This document shows positions 1 through 9,918 of a DNA stretch of 64,000 bases, in pieces. Position 1 is the stretch's first letter. Every line of letters begins with the position of its first letter. Both the position numbers and the translations under genes were made by a program. The stretch comes from Truepera sp. (GTDB lineage Bacteria > Deinococcota > Deinococci > Deinococcales > Trueperaceae): the NCBI GenBank assembly GCA_965218435.1, contig CBDCKW010000009.1:2720001-2784000 (forward strand), read 5' to 3'. The notes below the pieces were generated by a model. That model saw nothing but the letters and a program-made list of their open reading frames with translations, was not told the origin of the DNA and made no database searches.

Positions 1-230
1 TAACTCTCAGCGTCTTTGTAGTGTACCAAGTCACCGACCAGAACGACCTCGGCGGTGTTTTCCAAAACCGGTGCGGTCGGTTCGCCGACGTCGCTCGCCA
101 TCCCCCCGGCCCGGAGCGCACTCCAAAGCTCGGCCCACTGTCCGTGTACGTCACCGAGGGCCAGAATCTTACCGTCTAAGTTAGACTCGCCGTCTTGCTC
201 AGCCCCATGTACGCCCGTCACTCGAGACAC
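1..230 (-). CDS. Calcineurin-like metallophosphoesterase, 5' part (runs off the window)
   Basis: Manual translation of the minus strand from GTG at 230 (or 221) gives ...KILALGDVHGQWAELW...VVLVGDLVHYKD, carrying the GDxHG and GDLV motifs. Absent from the ORF track because it is truncated. Confidence 0.85.
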   Translation of the reverse strand, partial: MSRVTGVHGAEQDGESNLDGKILALGDVHGQWAELWSALRAGGMASDVGEPTAPVLENTAEVVLVGDLVHYKDAES

Positions 231-264
231 GTCTGAGCATGAGCTACCAGCCCTAAAACCGGCC

Positions 265-993
265 TCACGCAGGCTCCAGCAGTAGCGCCCTGAGTTTGGC
301 GTAAAGTTCACGAGCCGCAGCGGGGTCGGTGCCGTAGCCCCCATAGGTATTTAGCAGCTTAGCCGCGCCCAACCCTTTGCCGTCGGCTTTAAGGCGGTCA
401 ACGAGTTTATCAATCGCCTGCTGACCCGCAGACTTGGCCGGGCTAGGCTCAGTTTGTGCTGGAGTTTGAGCTTCGGCGGGCGTAGCTATCTGGGGAGTGG
501 ACGGCGCTGACCCGGCGGGAGAGTCTGCTCGAGCAGTAACCGGAGCAGTGTGACTGTCCGTGTAGCTGCCTGTGTAACCGTCTGCAGCAGCCAAATCGGG
601 TTCATAAAGGGGTTGCCGCTGCTCGGGATCGTAGTCAACCCACGGCAGTTCATCAAGGAGCGTGTTCGGACGCAAACCGAAGAGGGCTGCCGCCGCCGCG
701 AGGGCGTCGTCGGCGGTGTCGGTCAGTTCAGCTTCGGCAGTGTAGGACGCAACCGCCGCTTTTGCAGTGTCGGCAACGCGGAGGGTACAAACGAGCCCGC
801 GTTCGCCGAGCGCGGCAAACGCTTGAGACCAACCGCCGACCCCTAAAACCGCGTCGAGCCGCGCCGTCACCGATGAAGCCCGAAGTTGCGGGCGCACCTG
901 CGCACTTAGGCGGTCGGGAGAAAGCTTGACCACGCGCCAGAGGAGGTCGGAAGCGGCAAAAGGCGCAGCGAGAGCGTCCCAGGATATATTCAC
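265..993 (-). CDS. Rad52/Rad22-family single-strand annealing protein (DdrA paralog-like)
   Basis: LAAPF..W....RLDAVLG..GW pattern of the Rad52/DdrA N-domain, Pro/Ala linker and helical C-domain. Start moved to GTG 993 because TATAAT lies 6 nt upstream (leaderless). Confidence 0.7.
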   Translation of the reverse strand: MNISWDALAAPFAASDLLWRVVKLSPDRLSAQVRPQLRASSVTARLDAVLGVGGWSQAFAALGERGLVCTLRVADTAKAAVASYTAEAELTDTADDALAAAAALFGLRPNTLLDELPWVDYDPEQRQPLYEPDLAAADGYTGSYTDSHTAPVTARADSPAGSAPSTPQIATPAEAQTPAQTEPSPAKSAGQQAIDKLVDRLKADGKGLGAAKLLNTYGGYGTDPAAARELYAKLRALLLEPA

Positions 994-1103
994 GGGACTA
1001 TTATACTGGGAAACCAACCCTTGCAGAGGGCACGCTTTCTTACTTTTAGGGGTGTAGTCATAAATACCGTAGGTAAAAAAGACCATACTTTACGGCGCGG
1101 CCA

Positions 1104-1141
1104 GGTAGTCAGTAGTCAAACAGTCGGTAGTCAAGTAGTCA
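1104..1141. repeat. Imperfect tandem (A/G)GTAGTC microrepeat in a divergent intergenic region
   Basis: GTAGTCAGTAGTCAAACAGTCGGTAGTCAAGTAGTCA. Confidence 0.7.
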
Positions 1142-1377
1142 GAGGTTGGTGTTTCGAGCAAGCTAAGAGCGTTTCTCACACACGCGAGATGTGACGAGCA
1201 AATGTAACAATCAGAGCAGACGGCAAAATTCAATGTCGCTACAGCCCAGCGGCGTTTCTTAAAGCGGTATAAGCTGAACGCCTAAAGTCGGGTTACAAAA
1301 CTGGGCTCGAGCCTCAACCTGAACTTTGTCAGCGCCCGCCAAAATCGTATTCTCTAACAGCCGTCTATAATACGGCT

Positions 1378-3858
1378 ATGCAGTTGACCCCTCAACCCGC
1401 GCTTACACCTCGGCGACGCCTTTTCTGGCTGACCACCGTCACCGTGATGTTCGCCTTGTGTTTTTGTATTCAGCTTGCCGCTGCTCAGAGTTTGCAGCTC
1501 AGCACAAAAACGCCTAAAGCTGGCGAGAGTATCAAAGTCACCGGGCTCGAGCTCACACCTGGGGCGCAGGTCACCGCGCGGCTGACTGCGCCGGGAGGCC
1601 GGGTGTCGCGCGAAAGTGTGCAGGTAGGTGACGGGGGCCGCTTCCTGTTAGAGCTCGAGCTGCCAACGGGTGGACGCTATCAGCTCACCGTGCGGGGGCC
1701 AAAAATTGAACGGACGTGGCAGCTGACCGTCCCCAAACCACAACCCAAACCGCCCGCAACCTCACAGAACCAAATAGGAAATGAGGCCGGACCTCTACAA
1801 CCGAAAAATCAAAATGCAGGTCAAAAAAACACAGGGCAAAGCCTGACTCCACCGACTACAGATGGACTCGAGGTCACCCGTACCGAACATGGCGTCAGCG
1901 CAGCTCAGGGCAGCCAGCCGTGGAGTTTGACGTTTCCAGCAGGGAGCGGCCCAACGACGCCGCCGCTGCTCATTTCGGGCGTGTCGGGCTCAGCGTCTGC
2001 GAGGTTGTACCTCGGACACGGCAACAGTGTGCTCAGGTTAGAACCTCAAACCGGCAACGTCCTCTCGCGTTTTATAGTCTCAGGACCCGTCACACGCCTA
2101 GCAAAGATAGACAGTGAGACGGTAGGCATCACGGTGCGGCACGCGCAGGGGTTGCTCGAGCGGTTTACGCTGAAAATCGGTTCTCGAGATAACGGCTCTC
2201 AAAATGACGCGCTGCAAGAACCGGTCAGGTTCGGCACGAATCCTGCAGTGTTCGGCTATCTCCGCGCCGAGGCAGACATCCCGGAGACAAACGTTGCAAC
2301 CTTAACCGCTCGGCTCCGCCGTGACCCAACCAATCCGTGGCTCTATCTCAAGTTGGGCCTGGGACAGCGTAGTGAAACCGCGAGAAAGACCTTTCAAACC
2401 GCTATCAACCGGGCCACGACCTTTTACGACCTCGCTGGACTCGCTACGGTTTTAGAACGTCGGGGCGAACAAAAGCTCGCCGCAACTGCGTTCGACAAAG
2501 CCATGAAAGACTTTGCTGCACGAGATTACGACCCACGGCTCTTGAGCGACGGGACGCTGGGGGCGGCCTATAACTTTCCTTTGGGGCCGCTTAAACGTGC
2601 GTTAAACGCTGGCGACGACCTCAGTGCCGGGTTTTGGGCCGAGCGGCTCTGGCTCGCTGCGCCGAACGTGCCGGGGGCAGCCGCCGCGTTGGGCGAGTAC
2701 GCCGCACTTTTGCGGCAGGTTGGGACGCCGGAACAAGCGGCGCTCTGGGAGGGCCGAGCCGCTTTGAAAATTACGACCGGTGGAGCACTTGAAGGTAGGC
2801 TGGGGCACCTCGGTTTGGCCTTGGCCCGGAACGGTTGGCAGCTCGTCCCGGCTCTTCTCGCAGCTTTTGTGGCGCTTCAGCTGACGCTCCTGGCCAAATA
2901 TGCCCGCGCTCGCCGCAGCGACCGCAGCGGCGGACGTTTGCCCTGGCTCTTCGCCCTGCGTTACGACACCCTGAGCGAAAAACTCGTGCTGCTCTTTCTT
3001 TTAGCCCTCACGCTCGTCTGTGCGGCGCTCGGTAGTTGGGCAGCTCGGAGCGAACCGCCCGCACGGATTATCGGCTCGGGGACGCTCGCCAACCGAGCGG
3101 CGCAAGCCTATCTCAGTGAAGCCGCTCTAAACGGCCCACGTGCGGCCTTCGTCCGGGGTACAGCCGCGCAGACTTTAGGCGACGCGCACGCCACACCACT
3201 TTTACGGCGTGCCGGGAATGACGCTCCGGCGCTGAATAATTTGGGCGTGCTGACCGGTGACCAAACACTTTACCAAAGGGCGCTAACCCTCGAGCCCAAC
3301 CTCCCCGCCGCCCGTTACAATACCGGCGACCGGGCGCTGCTCCCCTTTCAAGCGACGTATGACCCGACACGCCCGGCCCTCGCGCTCCCGACCCCGGCTG
3401 ACTTCAGCGCCGCTTCAGGCAACTGGCAGGACGCTCTGGCAGGGGCGTTTACCAATCCGCAACGTATCTTCAGCACGCCGCCTTACGGCTTCAGCCTGCT
3501 GCTCTGGCACGCGCTGCAACTCCTCTTTTTGCTCGCCTTACTCATCCATGTGGGGTTTTTGATCGTGCCGCGTCCACGCAGCGCGCACCGTGCGCCGCGC
3601 AGCTGGGCCTATACCCTCTTGGCTCTGCTCTTTCCGGGAACCGGTCTGGCCGATGAGCTGTGGGGGATTTTTCTGCTGGTGCCGTGGGCCGTCTTGGGTA
3701 CGTGGGCGCTGTTGTCGGGCTTTGTTTCCGGCTTTCCCCTTACGCTCTCCCTCGCTCTGGCCGGAGTGTATCTGCTCAATACGGTGGCGGTGATCGTCGA
3801 AGGGTGGTCGTACCGTTCGGAGCGGCGGCGGCTCGAGCTGCGCCGGAGCCGCCCCTAG
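1378..3858 (+). CDS. Secreted/membrane hypothetical protein (signal peptide, Ig-like N-domain, TPR-like helices, multiple C-terminal TM helices)
   Basis: 826-aa ORF with an AAA-Q signal cleavage site, TPR-like segments (DPTNPWLY, ALNNLGVL, AARYN) and hydrophobic helices. TATAAT 6 nt upstream of the ATG. Confidence 0.75.
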   Translation: MQLTPQPALTPRRRLFWLTTVTVMFALCFCIQLAAAQSLQLSTKTPKAGESIKVTGLELTPGAQVTARLTAPGGRVSRESVQVGDGGRFLLELELPTGGRYQLTVRGPKIERTWQLTVPKPQPKPPATSQNQIGNEAGPLQPKNQNAGQKNTGQSLTPPTTDGLEVTRTEHGVSAAQGSQPWSLTFPAGSGPTTPPLLISGVSGSASARLYLGHGNSVLRLEPQTGNVLSRFIVSGPVTRLAKIDSETVGITVRHAQGLLERFTLKIGSRDNGSQNDALQEPVRFGTNPAVFGYLRAEADIPETNVATLTARLRRDPTNPWLYLKLGLGQRSETARKTFQTAINRATTFYDLAGLATVLERRGEQKLAATAFDKAMKDFAARDYDPRLLSDGTLGAAYNFPLGPLKRALNAGDDLSAGFWAERLWLAAPNVPGAAAALGEYAALLRQVGTPEQAALWEGRAALKITTGGALEGRLGHLGLALARNGWQLVPALLAAFVALQLTLLAKYARARRSDRSGGRLPWLFALRYDTLSEKLVLLFLLALTLVCAALGSWAARSEPPARIIGSGTLANRAAQAYLSEAALNGPRAAFVRGTAAQTLGDAHATPLLRRAGNDAPALNNLGVLTGDQTLYQRALTLEPNLPAARYNTGDRALLPFQATYDPTRPALALPTPADFSAASGNWQDALAGAFTNPQRIFSTPPYGFSLLLWHALQLLFLLALLIHVGFLIVPRPRSAHRAPRSWAYTLLALLFPGTGLADELWGIFLLVPWAVLGTWALLSGFVSGFPLTLSLALAGVYLLNTVAVIVEGWSYRSERRRLELRRSRP

Positions 3859-3914
3859 AGCGTAGCTTGCGGTTTGGCGCACGTAGGGGAAGTATCGTGG
3901 CACCTAGGAGGATC

Positions 3915-4202
3915 ATGATGCCAAAAGCCGAATATCAGGGAACCGTTTTAGCTGAAAGCGACGACGCTATCTCACTCGAGGGAAACCAGTACTTTCCGCG
4001 CGGGAGCGTTCAGATGGAGCTGTTTTCCGACAGTCCCACCCAGTACACCTGTCCGTGGAAGGGCGAAGCGGCCTACTACAACCTCACCGTTGACGGTCAA
4101 GAGGTTCACGACGCGGCCTGGTCGTACCCGGAGCCGAAAGACGCGGCCAAAGAGATCGCCGGGTATTTAGCGTTTGATAAGAGCAAGGTCACCGTCACGT
4201 AG
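3915..4202 (+). CDS. DUF427 domain protein
   Basis: LAESD..LEGNQYFP..YTCPWKGEAAYY..DAAWSYPEPK..IAGYLAF motifs; AGGAGG RBS at 3906-3911. Confidence 0.9.
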   Translation: MMPKAEYQGTVLAESDDAISLEGNQYFPRGSVQMELFSDSPTQYTCPWKGEAAYYNLTVDGQEVHDAAWSYPEPKDAAKEIAGYLAFDKSKVTVT

Positions 4203-4296
4203 TTATCAGATAGGTTTGCGGTACGGTGGTTAGCGGGTAGTACCGCAGAACGTGCCGGTTAGCAAAACTCAGATAAAAAACGTTGCTGAGCGGCAC

Positions 4297-4856
4297 TTGT
4301 ATAGCTTGGTCAAGTCATAGCCCACCTTTGTGCTGGGTAGCGCACGGAGGTGAGCATAACGTAGAAGCGTCTATCAGCCACGTAGGTTTAAGACAGCTCG
4401 AGGCAGCTGCGTCTCGCCTTGCTGCTTGTCGGTACGGTAAGGTTTCGTCTGGTCGGTACAACGCTAACGAACCTGGACCAGCCTGTGCGTACGCTCAAGC
4501 CCGCGCTCGCGTTCCCTACGTCTTAGCTACCACGGCCACTTCCTGCGGTCGCAAAACGGCAGGTTCGGCTTGCGCCGCCACCGGGCCTGTCCGCTGCTGA
4601 GTTGTCTGCGCTGTTATCCACCGCCAGAACCAGCCACAGCTTATCGCTGAAAGCGGGCCATCTGTGGTGGTCACCTGTAACTACAAGGCGAAGACGTGCG
4701 CTAAACGGAAACGTCTGCCGTTGCCGACTTGAGCCGGGTGGCAGTGTAAACGACCCCGATACCTTGAACTTCCAACGGTTCGGACATCAGGTGATTGACG
4801 GACCTCTTCACTTCAGCCTCGAGTCCTTTGAGCTGTTTTGTAAGTGCCTTCACTGC
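4297..4856 (-). mobile_element. Degenerate IS110-family transposase remnant (C-terminal half, frameshifted)
   Basis: Fragments in different frames read ALTKQLKGLEAEV..EVQGIGVV, AQVGNGRRFR, and CLK/TYVA..FYVM, resembling the IS110/IS116 C-terminal domain. TTGAC sits near the putative right end (~4310-4314). Confidence 0.6.
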
Positions 4857-5165
4857 CCCAATGTCCCCGCGTTTGGCGTCTAAGATCACCGGAATCCCCC
4901 GCGCCCGCACGTCCGCAATCAGTTGCGCCAAGGCGATCAGCCCCGGTACACCGAGCGCCTCAAAAAACCCCGACTGCAGTTTGTAACACGCCACGCTCCC
5001 TTGTGTCGCCTGGATGATGGCCTGAAAGTAGTGAACGACGGCTCTGGCAACTTGCGCCGGGTGCGTCAGCGGATGTGCGCCGGGGCGTGGGTCAATCCCT
5101 AGACACACGCGGGAGTTGGTGTTGTTGATGCGGTCAAACAGTCGTTCGGCAAAAGGTTGAGCCAT
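4857..5165 (-). pseudogene. pyrF: Truncated orotidine-5'-phosphate decarboxylase (N-terminal 103 aa) fused in frame to the IS remnant
   Basis: CLGIDP, YKLQSGFFEALG and VILDAKRGDIG motifs; similarity stops right after DIG. Confidence 0.8.
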
Positions 5166-5194
5166 AGGTTCAGGCTAACAGGTCGAGGAAGTCT

Positions 5195-5971
5195 TTACTC
5201 GAGTCTGACAGCAAAGAGCAAAACGCTTTCGTAAAGACGCTCGACCTCACCGCCGTGCGCGTCAATAACTGTAGCAATATCAGCCAAAAAATGTTCTCGT
5301 AACGTTGGTTCCATCGCCTGCACGTTGCTATAGGTCAAAAGCAGGTCAAGATAACGAGCTTTATTATAACGGTGCGTCCAAGCATAGCGAAAAACCTCTA
5401 AATTGCCAAAATCTGGGGACTTCGCAAGCGCCCCGGCAAAACGCTCGGGGGCATAGTCTGGCGTGGGGCGTTGTAGCTTAAGTGGAGCTTCGTAGCGTCT
5501 ATGGACGGGGTCGGTTGCACGGTAAAAAGCCGTGTCTTGTGAATGGTCTTGATGCCAAACCAAAAGTAGCGCCCCGCCCGGACGCAAAAGTGACGCAGCG
5601 TGTGCCAACCCCGACACAGGCTCAATCCAGTGAAACGCTTGGACCGATACAAGTGCGTCAAAAGGTGTGTCTGAGTCGTAAGCTTCAAATGCAGTGGTTT
5701 CGACGGTAACGTTTAAGTCCTGGACATTGGCGCGGGCAAGTTGAGCGAGCGTTGGGCCTAGCTCGAGCGCGTGAACCCTCAGTCCACGTTCTGCAAGCGG
5801 ACGCGTGGCCTGGCCGGTGCCGCAACCCACCTCTAAGACGCGTGCGCTGGGCTCGAGTCTCCCCTGCTCAAACATGGCGTCTATGAGCTTTTCGGGCGGT
5901 GCAGGCCGCGCCCGGTGATACCGCGCCGCCTCGCGGTCAAAGGTCGTGCGCAAGGTGAGCTCGTCGTTCAT
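5195..5971 (-). CDS. Class I SAM-dependent methyltransferase
   Basis: VLEVGCGTG, FDALVSVQAFHW and LLRPGG motifs. Confidence 0.9.
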   Translation of the reverse strand: MNDELTLRTTFDREAARYHRARPAPPEKLIDAMFEQGRLEPSARVLEVGCGTGQATRPLAERGLRVHALELGPTLAQLARANVQDLNVTVETTAFEAYDSDTPFDALVSVQAFHWIEPVSGLAHAASLLRPGGALLLVWHQDHSQDTAFYRATDPVHRRYEAPLKLQRPTPDYAPERFAGALAKSPDFGNLEVFRYAWTHRYNKARYLDLLLTYSNVQAMEPTLREHFLADIATVIDAHGGEVERLYESVLLFAVRLE

Positions 5972-6009
5972 AGCTCAGCAAAGCGTAGCAGATATACAGC
6001 TAGAGCATC

Positions 6010-6056
6010 TTGACAAAGTAACTTATAGGTTACATAATGTGACGCTTAGGTTACAT
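6010..6056 (+). promoter_or_regulatory. Sigma70 promoter overlapped by two palindromic operator copies
   Basis: TTGACA(6010-15)-N17-CATAAT(6033-38); GTAAC-N6-GTTAC (6018-33) and GTGAC-N6-GTTAC (6039-54). Confidence 0.75.
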
Positions 6057-6071
6057 CAAAGGAGAAGTACG

Positions 6072-6500
6072 ATGACACAAAAAGTGGAACGGTTCGGAAA
6101 CTACGAGAAGCTGCTTAACATCTGTCACTTGATCGGGTTCGGTTTATTTTTGGGAATTCAAACGCTGAAGAGCGTGATGACGCTGCCCTCAGAGGTGTCT
6201 GTGCTGCAAGTTGTTGCCGTGTTCTTCATGCTTCTGTGGGCGTTCGGGTTCTGGCGCTTTTACAGCGCCATAAGAGCCGACAGGTCTCTGGCGCGAACGT
6301 TAGGCGATGAACTAAATGAGCACATCTACGGTCGCGTCAAAAACGTAACGTTTCGGGCACTGATCGTTACTCAAGTGGTGATTCTCGTGACCTCGAGCTT
6401 CGCCTCTTTTTCTGCTGAAGCTGCTGCCAATTTCACCATCTTTGTAATGGTAATGAGTTGGGGTATGGCGTCTCTTTACCTCAACCGTTCAGATGCCTGA
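6072..6500 (+). CDS. Small 4-TM membrane protein, partner of the XRE regulator
   Basis: AAGGAG RBS before ATG 6072, four hydrophobic segments with a central DE motif, and an 8-nt overlap with the HTH gene. Confidence 0.75.
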   Translation: MTQKVERFGNYEKLLNICHLIGFGLFLGIQTLKSVMTLPSEVSVLQVVAVFFMLLWAFGFWRFYSAIRADRSLARTLGDELNEHIYGRVKNVTFRALIVTQVVILVTSSFASFSAEAAANFTIFVMVMSWGMASLYLNRSDA

Positions 6501-6717
6501 ACTCAGCAACACCTTAAAGGTAGAACGCGCCAGACATAACCTTACCCAAGAGCAACTTGCCGAACGGGTCGGCGTTACCCGTAAAACGATCAATACGGTC
6601 GAGCGGGGACACTTCGTCCCATCAACCGTATTGGCCCTTAAACTGGCTCAGGCGCTAAACGTCTCGGTTGAAACGCTTTTTTTCCTCGAGCCCTGCGCTT
6701 CTCAAAAATCTAGTTAG
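6493..6717 (+). CDS. XRE/Cro-family HTH transcriptional regulator
   Basis: LTQEQLAERVGVTRKTINTVERG..PS..LALKLA..VETLF. Confidence 0.92.
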   Translation: MPELSNTLKVERARHNLTQEQLAERVGVTRKTINTVERGHFVPSTVLALKLAQALNVSVETLFFLEPCASQKSS

Positions 6718-9668
6718 TTGCTCGAGACCGCCCCGACCTCGCGCCCGTGACAGTGTTTGAACTTTTTACCGCTCCCACACGGGCACGGGTCGTTACGGCC
6801 TACTTTGACGTCGGCTTGAAGCGGCAGCGTTTTTTGCGCCGTTCCTTGAGGTTGAGAGCCACGCTGCTGGAAGGGATTACTCACGCCTGTAGGACGGCTT
6901 TGGAGACGGGCTTGACCGTTGCTAGCACCGTTACGCCTACCGTTGCTGAGGCTCGAGGAGACTGCCCCGCCGGACGCGCCCGCGTAGGTGGTGCTGACGC
7001 TGCTGTCGCCGTCTGAAGAGGCGGGCGCTTCGTAACGAACTGGTTGCGGCGCACGCTGCTGCGGTACAGGCGCTTCGGTCTGCACCTGCACGCGGAAGAG
7101 CAACTTGGCAACCTGCAAACGGATATTGCCCTTCATCTCTTCAAACAGGTTAAACGCCTCGAACGCGTACTCTTGCAGTGGGTTGCGCTGACCATACCCG
7201 CGCAGCCCGATACCCTGACGCAAGACGTCCATCGCGTGCAGCTGCTCTTTCCAGTCGTTATCTACGACTTGCAAGACGATGTAGCGTTCTAACTCGCGCA
7301 TCAGGGGTGCGCCGAGTTCGGCTTCACGGGCTTTGTAGGCGTGCTCGAGTTCCGGGACCAGCATATCGGTCGCGTCGTCGGGTTCAACGCCGCGCAGCGT
7401 CTCGAAGTCAAAGGTCTCGAGTTCGGGTACCGCGTCAACCACAGCCGTTTTTAAGGCGGCGATGTCCTGTTCTTCGGGCTCGAGCTCTTTATTTAGATAG
7501 TTTTGCACCTGCGCGTCTACATATTCGGCGATCATGTCTTGCACGTCGTCCGAAATATCAGACCCGAGCAAAATGTCGCGGCGCTGCTTGTAGATGACCT
7601 CGCGCTGCTTACTCATCACGTTGTCAAACTCTAAAAGCTGTTTACGGGTGCCGAAGTTGCGGTCCTCAACTCTTTTTTGCGCCCGTTCAATCGCGCCCGT
7701 GACCATTTTCGCCTCGATGGGCTGTTCATCGTCCATCCCGAGCCGGTCCATCATACCGAGCACGCGTTCGTTGGCAAAAAGCCGCATCAGGTCGTCTTCA
7801 AACGAGACGTAAAAGCGGCTCGAGCCGGGGTCACCCTGACGGCCCGCACGCCCGCGCAGCTGATTGTCAATCCGGCGCGATTCGTGGCGTTCGGTCCCGA
7901 TAATATGCAAACCACCCAAGCTGACCACTTCTTCATGGTCTACTTTCGCCTCGTCGCGGAGGCGCTCTAACGTCGGGATGATGTCTTCGGGCAGCCCTTC
8001 GATCTCGCGGGCGACGGCCTTGGCTTCGTCCACCTTGCTGCGCATCACCTGCTTGATAAACAGTTCGACGTTTTCGTCGTAGCGGCTGATCCCCTGCCGC
8101 TCTAAGAGCTGTCCGGCCAACGCTTCAGGGTTGCCGCCAAGCACGATGTCCGTCCCACGACCGGCCATGTTTGTTGAGATAGTCACGGTGCCGCTACGTC
8201 CGGCCTGCGCGACGATCTCGGCTTCACGTTCGTGGTATTTGGCGTTCAGCACCTGATGTTTGATGCCTTTGCGCTTGAGCATTGTAGAAAGCCGCTCGGA
8301 CGCTTCGATTGTCACCGTGCCGACCAAGATCGGTTGCCCCGTCTGATGCAGCTCTTCAATCTCAGAGACGACCGCGCCGTATTTCCCCGCTTCGGTGCGG
8401 TAAACGATGTCTTCAGCGTCTTTACGGATGACGGTCTTGTTCGTCGGGATGGTTAACACGTCGGTCGCGTAGATTTCTTGAAACTCTTTTTCTTCGGTTT
8501 TCGCTGTCCCGGTCATCCCGGCGATCTTGCCATAGAGCTTAAAGAAGTTCTGATAGGTGATGGTGGCGAGCGTCTGGTTTTCACGTTCGATCTTGACACC
8601 CTCTTTGGCCTCAATCGCTTGGTGGAGCCCTTCCCCAAACCGGCGTCCGGGCATCAGCCGCCCGGTAAACTCGTCTACGATAACGATCTGGCCCTGCTCA
8701 TCTTTAACGTACTGTTTGTCGAGGTGGTAGTGCATCCGGGCGCGCAGAGCTTGCCGGACCATATGCCCGAGTTCCATATTTTTGGCGCTGAAGAGGTCGT
8801 CTACACCCAACGCTTTTTCAGCTTTGGTGATGCCCTCTTCGGTCAGGTGAATGTCTTTAGTTTTTTCGTCGGCGCTAAAGTCGCCGGTGGCAGGCTTATC
8901 CCCTTCGGCGGGTTCGCCGCGCTCTAAAGTCCCCGCGATTTTCGCCATCACGTAGTATTTGTCAGTGGCGAGTTCGGCGGGGCCGGAGATAATCAGCGGC
9001 GTCCGCGCCTCGTCAATTAAGATCGAGTCCACCTCGTCAATGATGGCGTAGTTTAAGGGCACGTCTTCACGTAGCACGAGCTGTTCGGGCCGAAAGGCCA
9101 TGTTGTCACGCAGATAATCAAACCCAAGTTCCGAGTTCGTCATATAGGTGACGTCGCAGCCATACGCGGCGCGGCGCTGGTCGGGTCTGAGGTCGTGGGA
9201 GATGACGCCGACCGTCAGACCTAGACCGCGGTACACCGGCCCCATCCACTCCGCGCCGGTACTCGCCAGGTAATCGTTGGCGGTCACAAGGTGTGCGCCG
9301 TGACCGGGTATGGCGTTTAGGGCGAGCGCGAGCGTGGCGACGAGCGTCTTCCCTTCACCCGTCTTCATCTCGGCCATTTTGCCTTGGTGTAGGGCCGCGC
9401 CGCCGACGAGCTGCACGTCGTAGTGGCGCAACCCTAAGTTGCGTACCGCCGACTCGCGGACCAGCGCGAACGTTTCAGGCATCAGCTCAGACAGCGTTTC
9501 GCCTTCGCCGTTCTTGTACCGCTCCCGGAGCTTCGCGTATTCGGCGGCTAAATCGTCTACGTCTTTGAGCTTGGGCTCGAGCGCGTTTACAGCGGCAACG
9601 ATGTCGCGCTCGATGCGGCGAACATCGCGTTCATTATTGTCAAACATTTTCTGGATAAATCCGAGCAT
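6714..9668 (-). CDS. secA: Preprotein translocase ATPase SecA
   Basis: MKTGEGKT, DEVDSILIDEARTPLIISG, RRIDNQLRGRAGRQGDPG and the C-terminal SEC-C motif (GRNDPCPCGSGKKFKHCHG). Confidence 0.99.
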   Translation of the reverse strand: MLGFIQKMFDNNERDVRRIERDIVAAVNALEPKLKDVDDLAAEYAKLRERYKNGEGETLSELMPETFALVRESAVRNLGLRHYDVQLVGGAALHQGKMAEMKTGEGKTLVATLALALNAIPGHGAHLVTANDYLASTGAEWMGPVYRGLGLTVGVISHDLRPDQRRAAYGCDVTYMTNSELGFDYLRDNMAFRPEQLVLREDVPLNYAIIDEVDSILIDEARTPLIISGPAELATDKYYVMAKIAGTLERGEPAEGDKPATGDFSADEKTKDIHLTEEGITKAEKALGVDDLFSAKNMELGHMVRQALRARMHYHLDKQYVKDEQGQIVIVDEFTGRLMPGRRFGEGLHQAIEAKEGVKIERENQTLATITYQNFFKLYGKIAGMTGTAKTEEKEFQEIYATDVLTIPTNKTVIRKDAEDIVYRTEAGKYGAVVSEIEELHQTGQPILVGTVTIEASERLSTMLKRKGIKHQVLNAKYHEREAEIVAQAGRSGTVTISTNMAGRGTDIVLGGNPEALAGQLLERQGISRYDENVELFIKQVMRSKVDEAKAVAREIEGLPEDIIPTLERLRDEAKVDHEEVVSLGGLHIIGTERHESRRIDNQLRGRAGRQGDPGSSRFYVSFEDDLMRLFANERVLGMMDRLGMDDEQPIEAKMVTGAIERAQKRVEDRNFGTRKQLLEFDNVMSKQREVIYKQRRDILLGSDISDDVQDMIAEYVDAQVQNYLNKELEPEEQDIAALKTAVVDAVPELETFDFETLRGVEPDDATDMLVPELEHAYKAREAELGAPLMRELERYIVLQVVDNDWKEQLHAMDVLRQGIGLRGYGQRNPLQEYAFEAFNLFEEMKGNIRLQVAKLLFRVQVQTEAPVPQQRAPQPVRYEAPASSDGDSSVSTTYAGASGGAVSSSLSNGRRNGASNGQARLQSRPTGVSNPFQQRGSQPQGTAQKTLPLQADVKVGRNDPCPCGSGKKFKHCHGREVGAVSSN

Positions 9669-9918
9669 CCCGTCTCCTTCAGGGCAAGAGAACCTAAATT
9701 AACATTCTAGTTTAGCACGTGGGCCGCGAGAGACCTCACAAGCGAGGACTTAAGGCTTTTCACATCTCGGCTTCAGCTTCGTTTCATGGGCGTTTAGAGG
9801 TCGGCTTATGACCCTCCTTAGCTGAATCTTACCGGTTGGCACACGTATTTTTCAAAGGTAGCTGGATAGCAGCCTGTAAAGAGGCTATATCCGAAACGGT
9901 ACAACCGGCTGCTAAACC

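Noticed and set aside
4283..4883. Plus-strand ORFs 4283-4600 and 4602-4883
   Set aside because: They lie antisense to the decayed IS110/pyrF remnant and show no coding signal.
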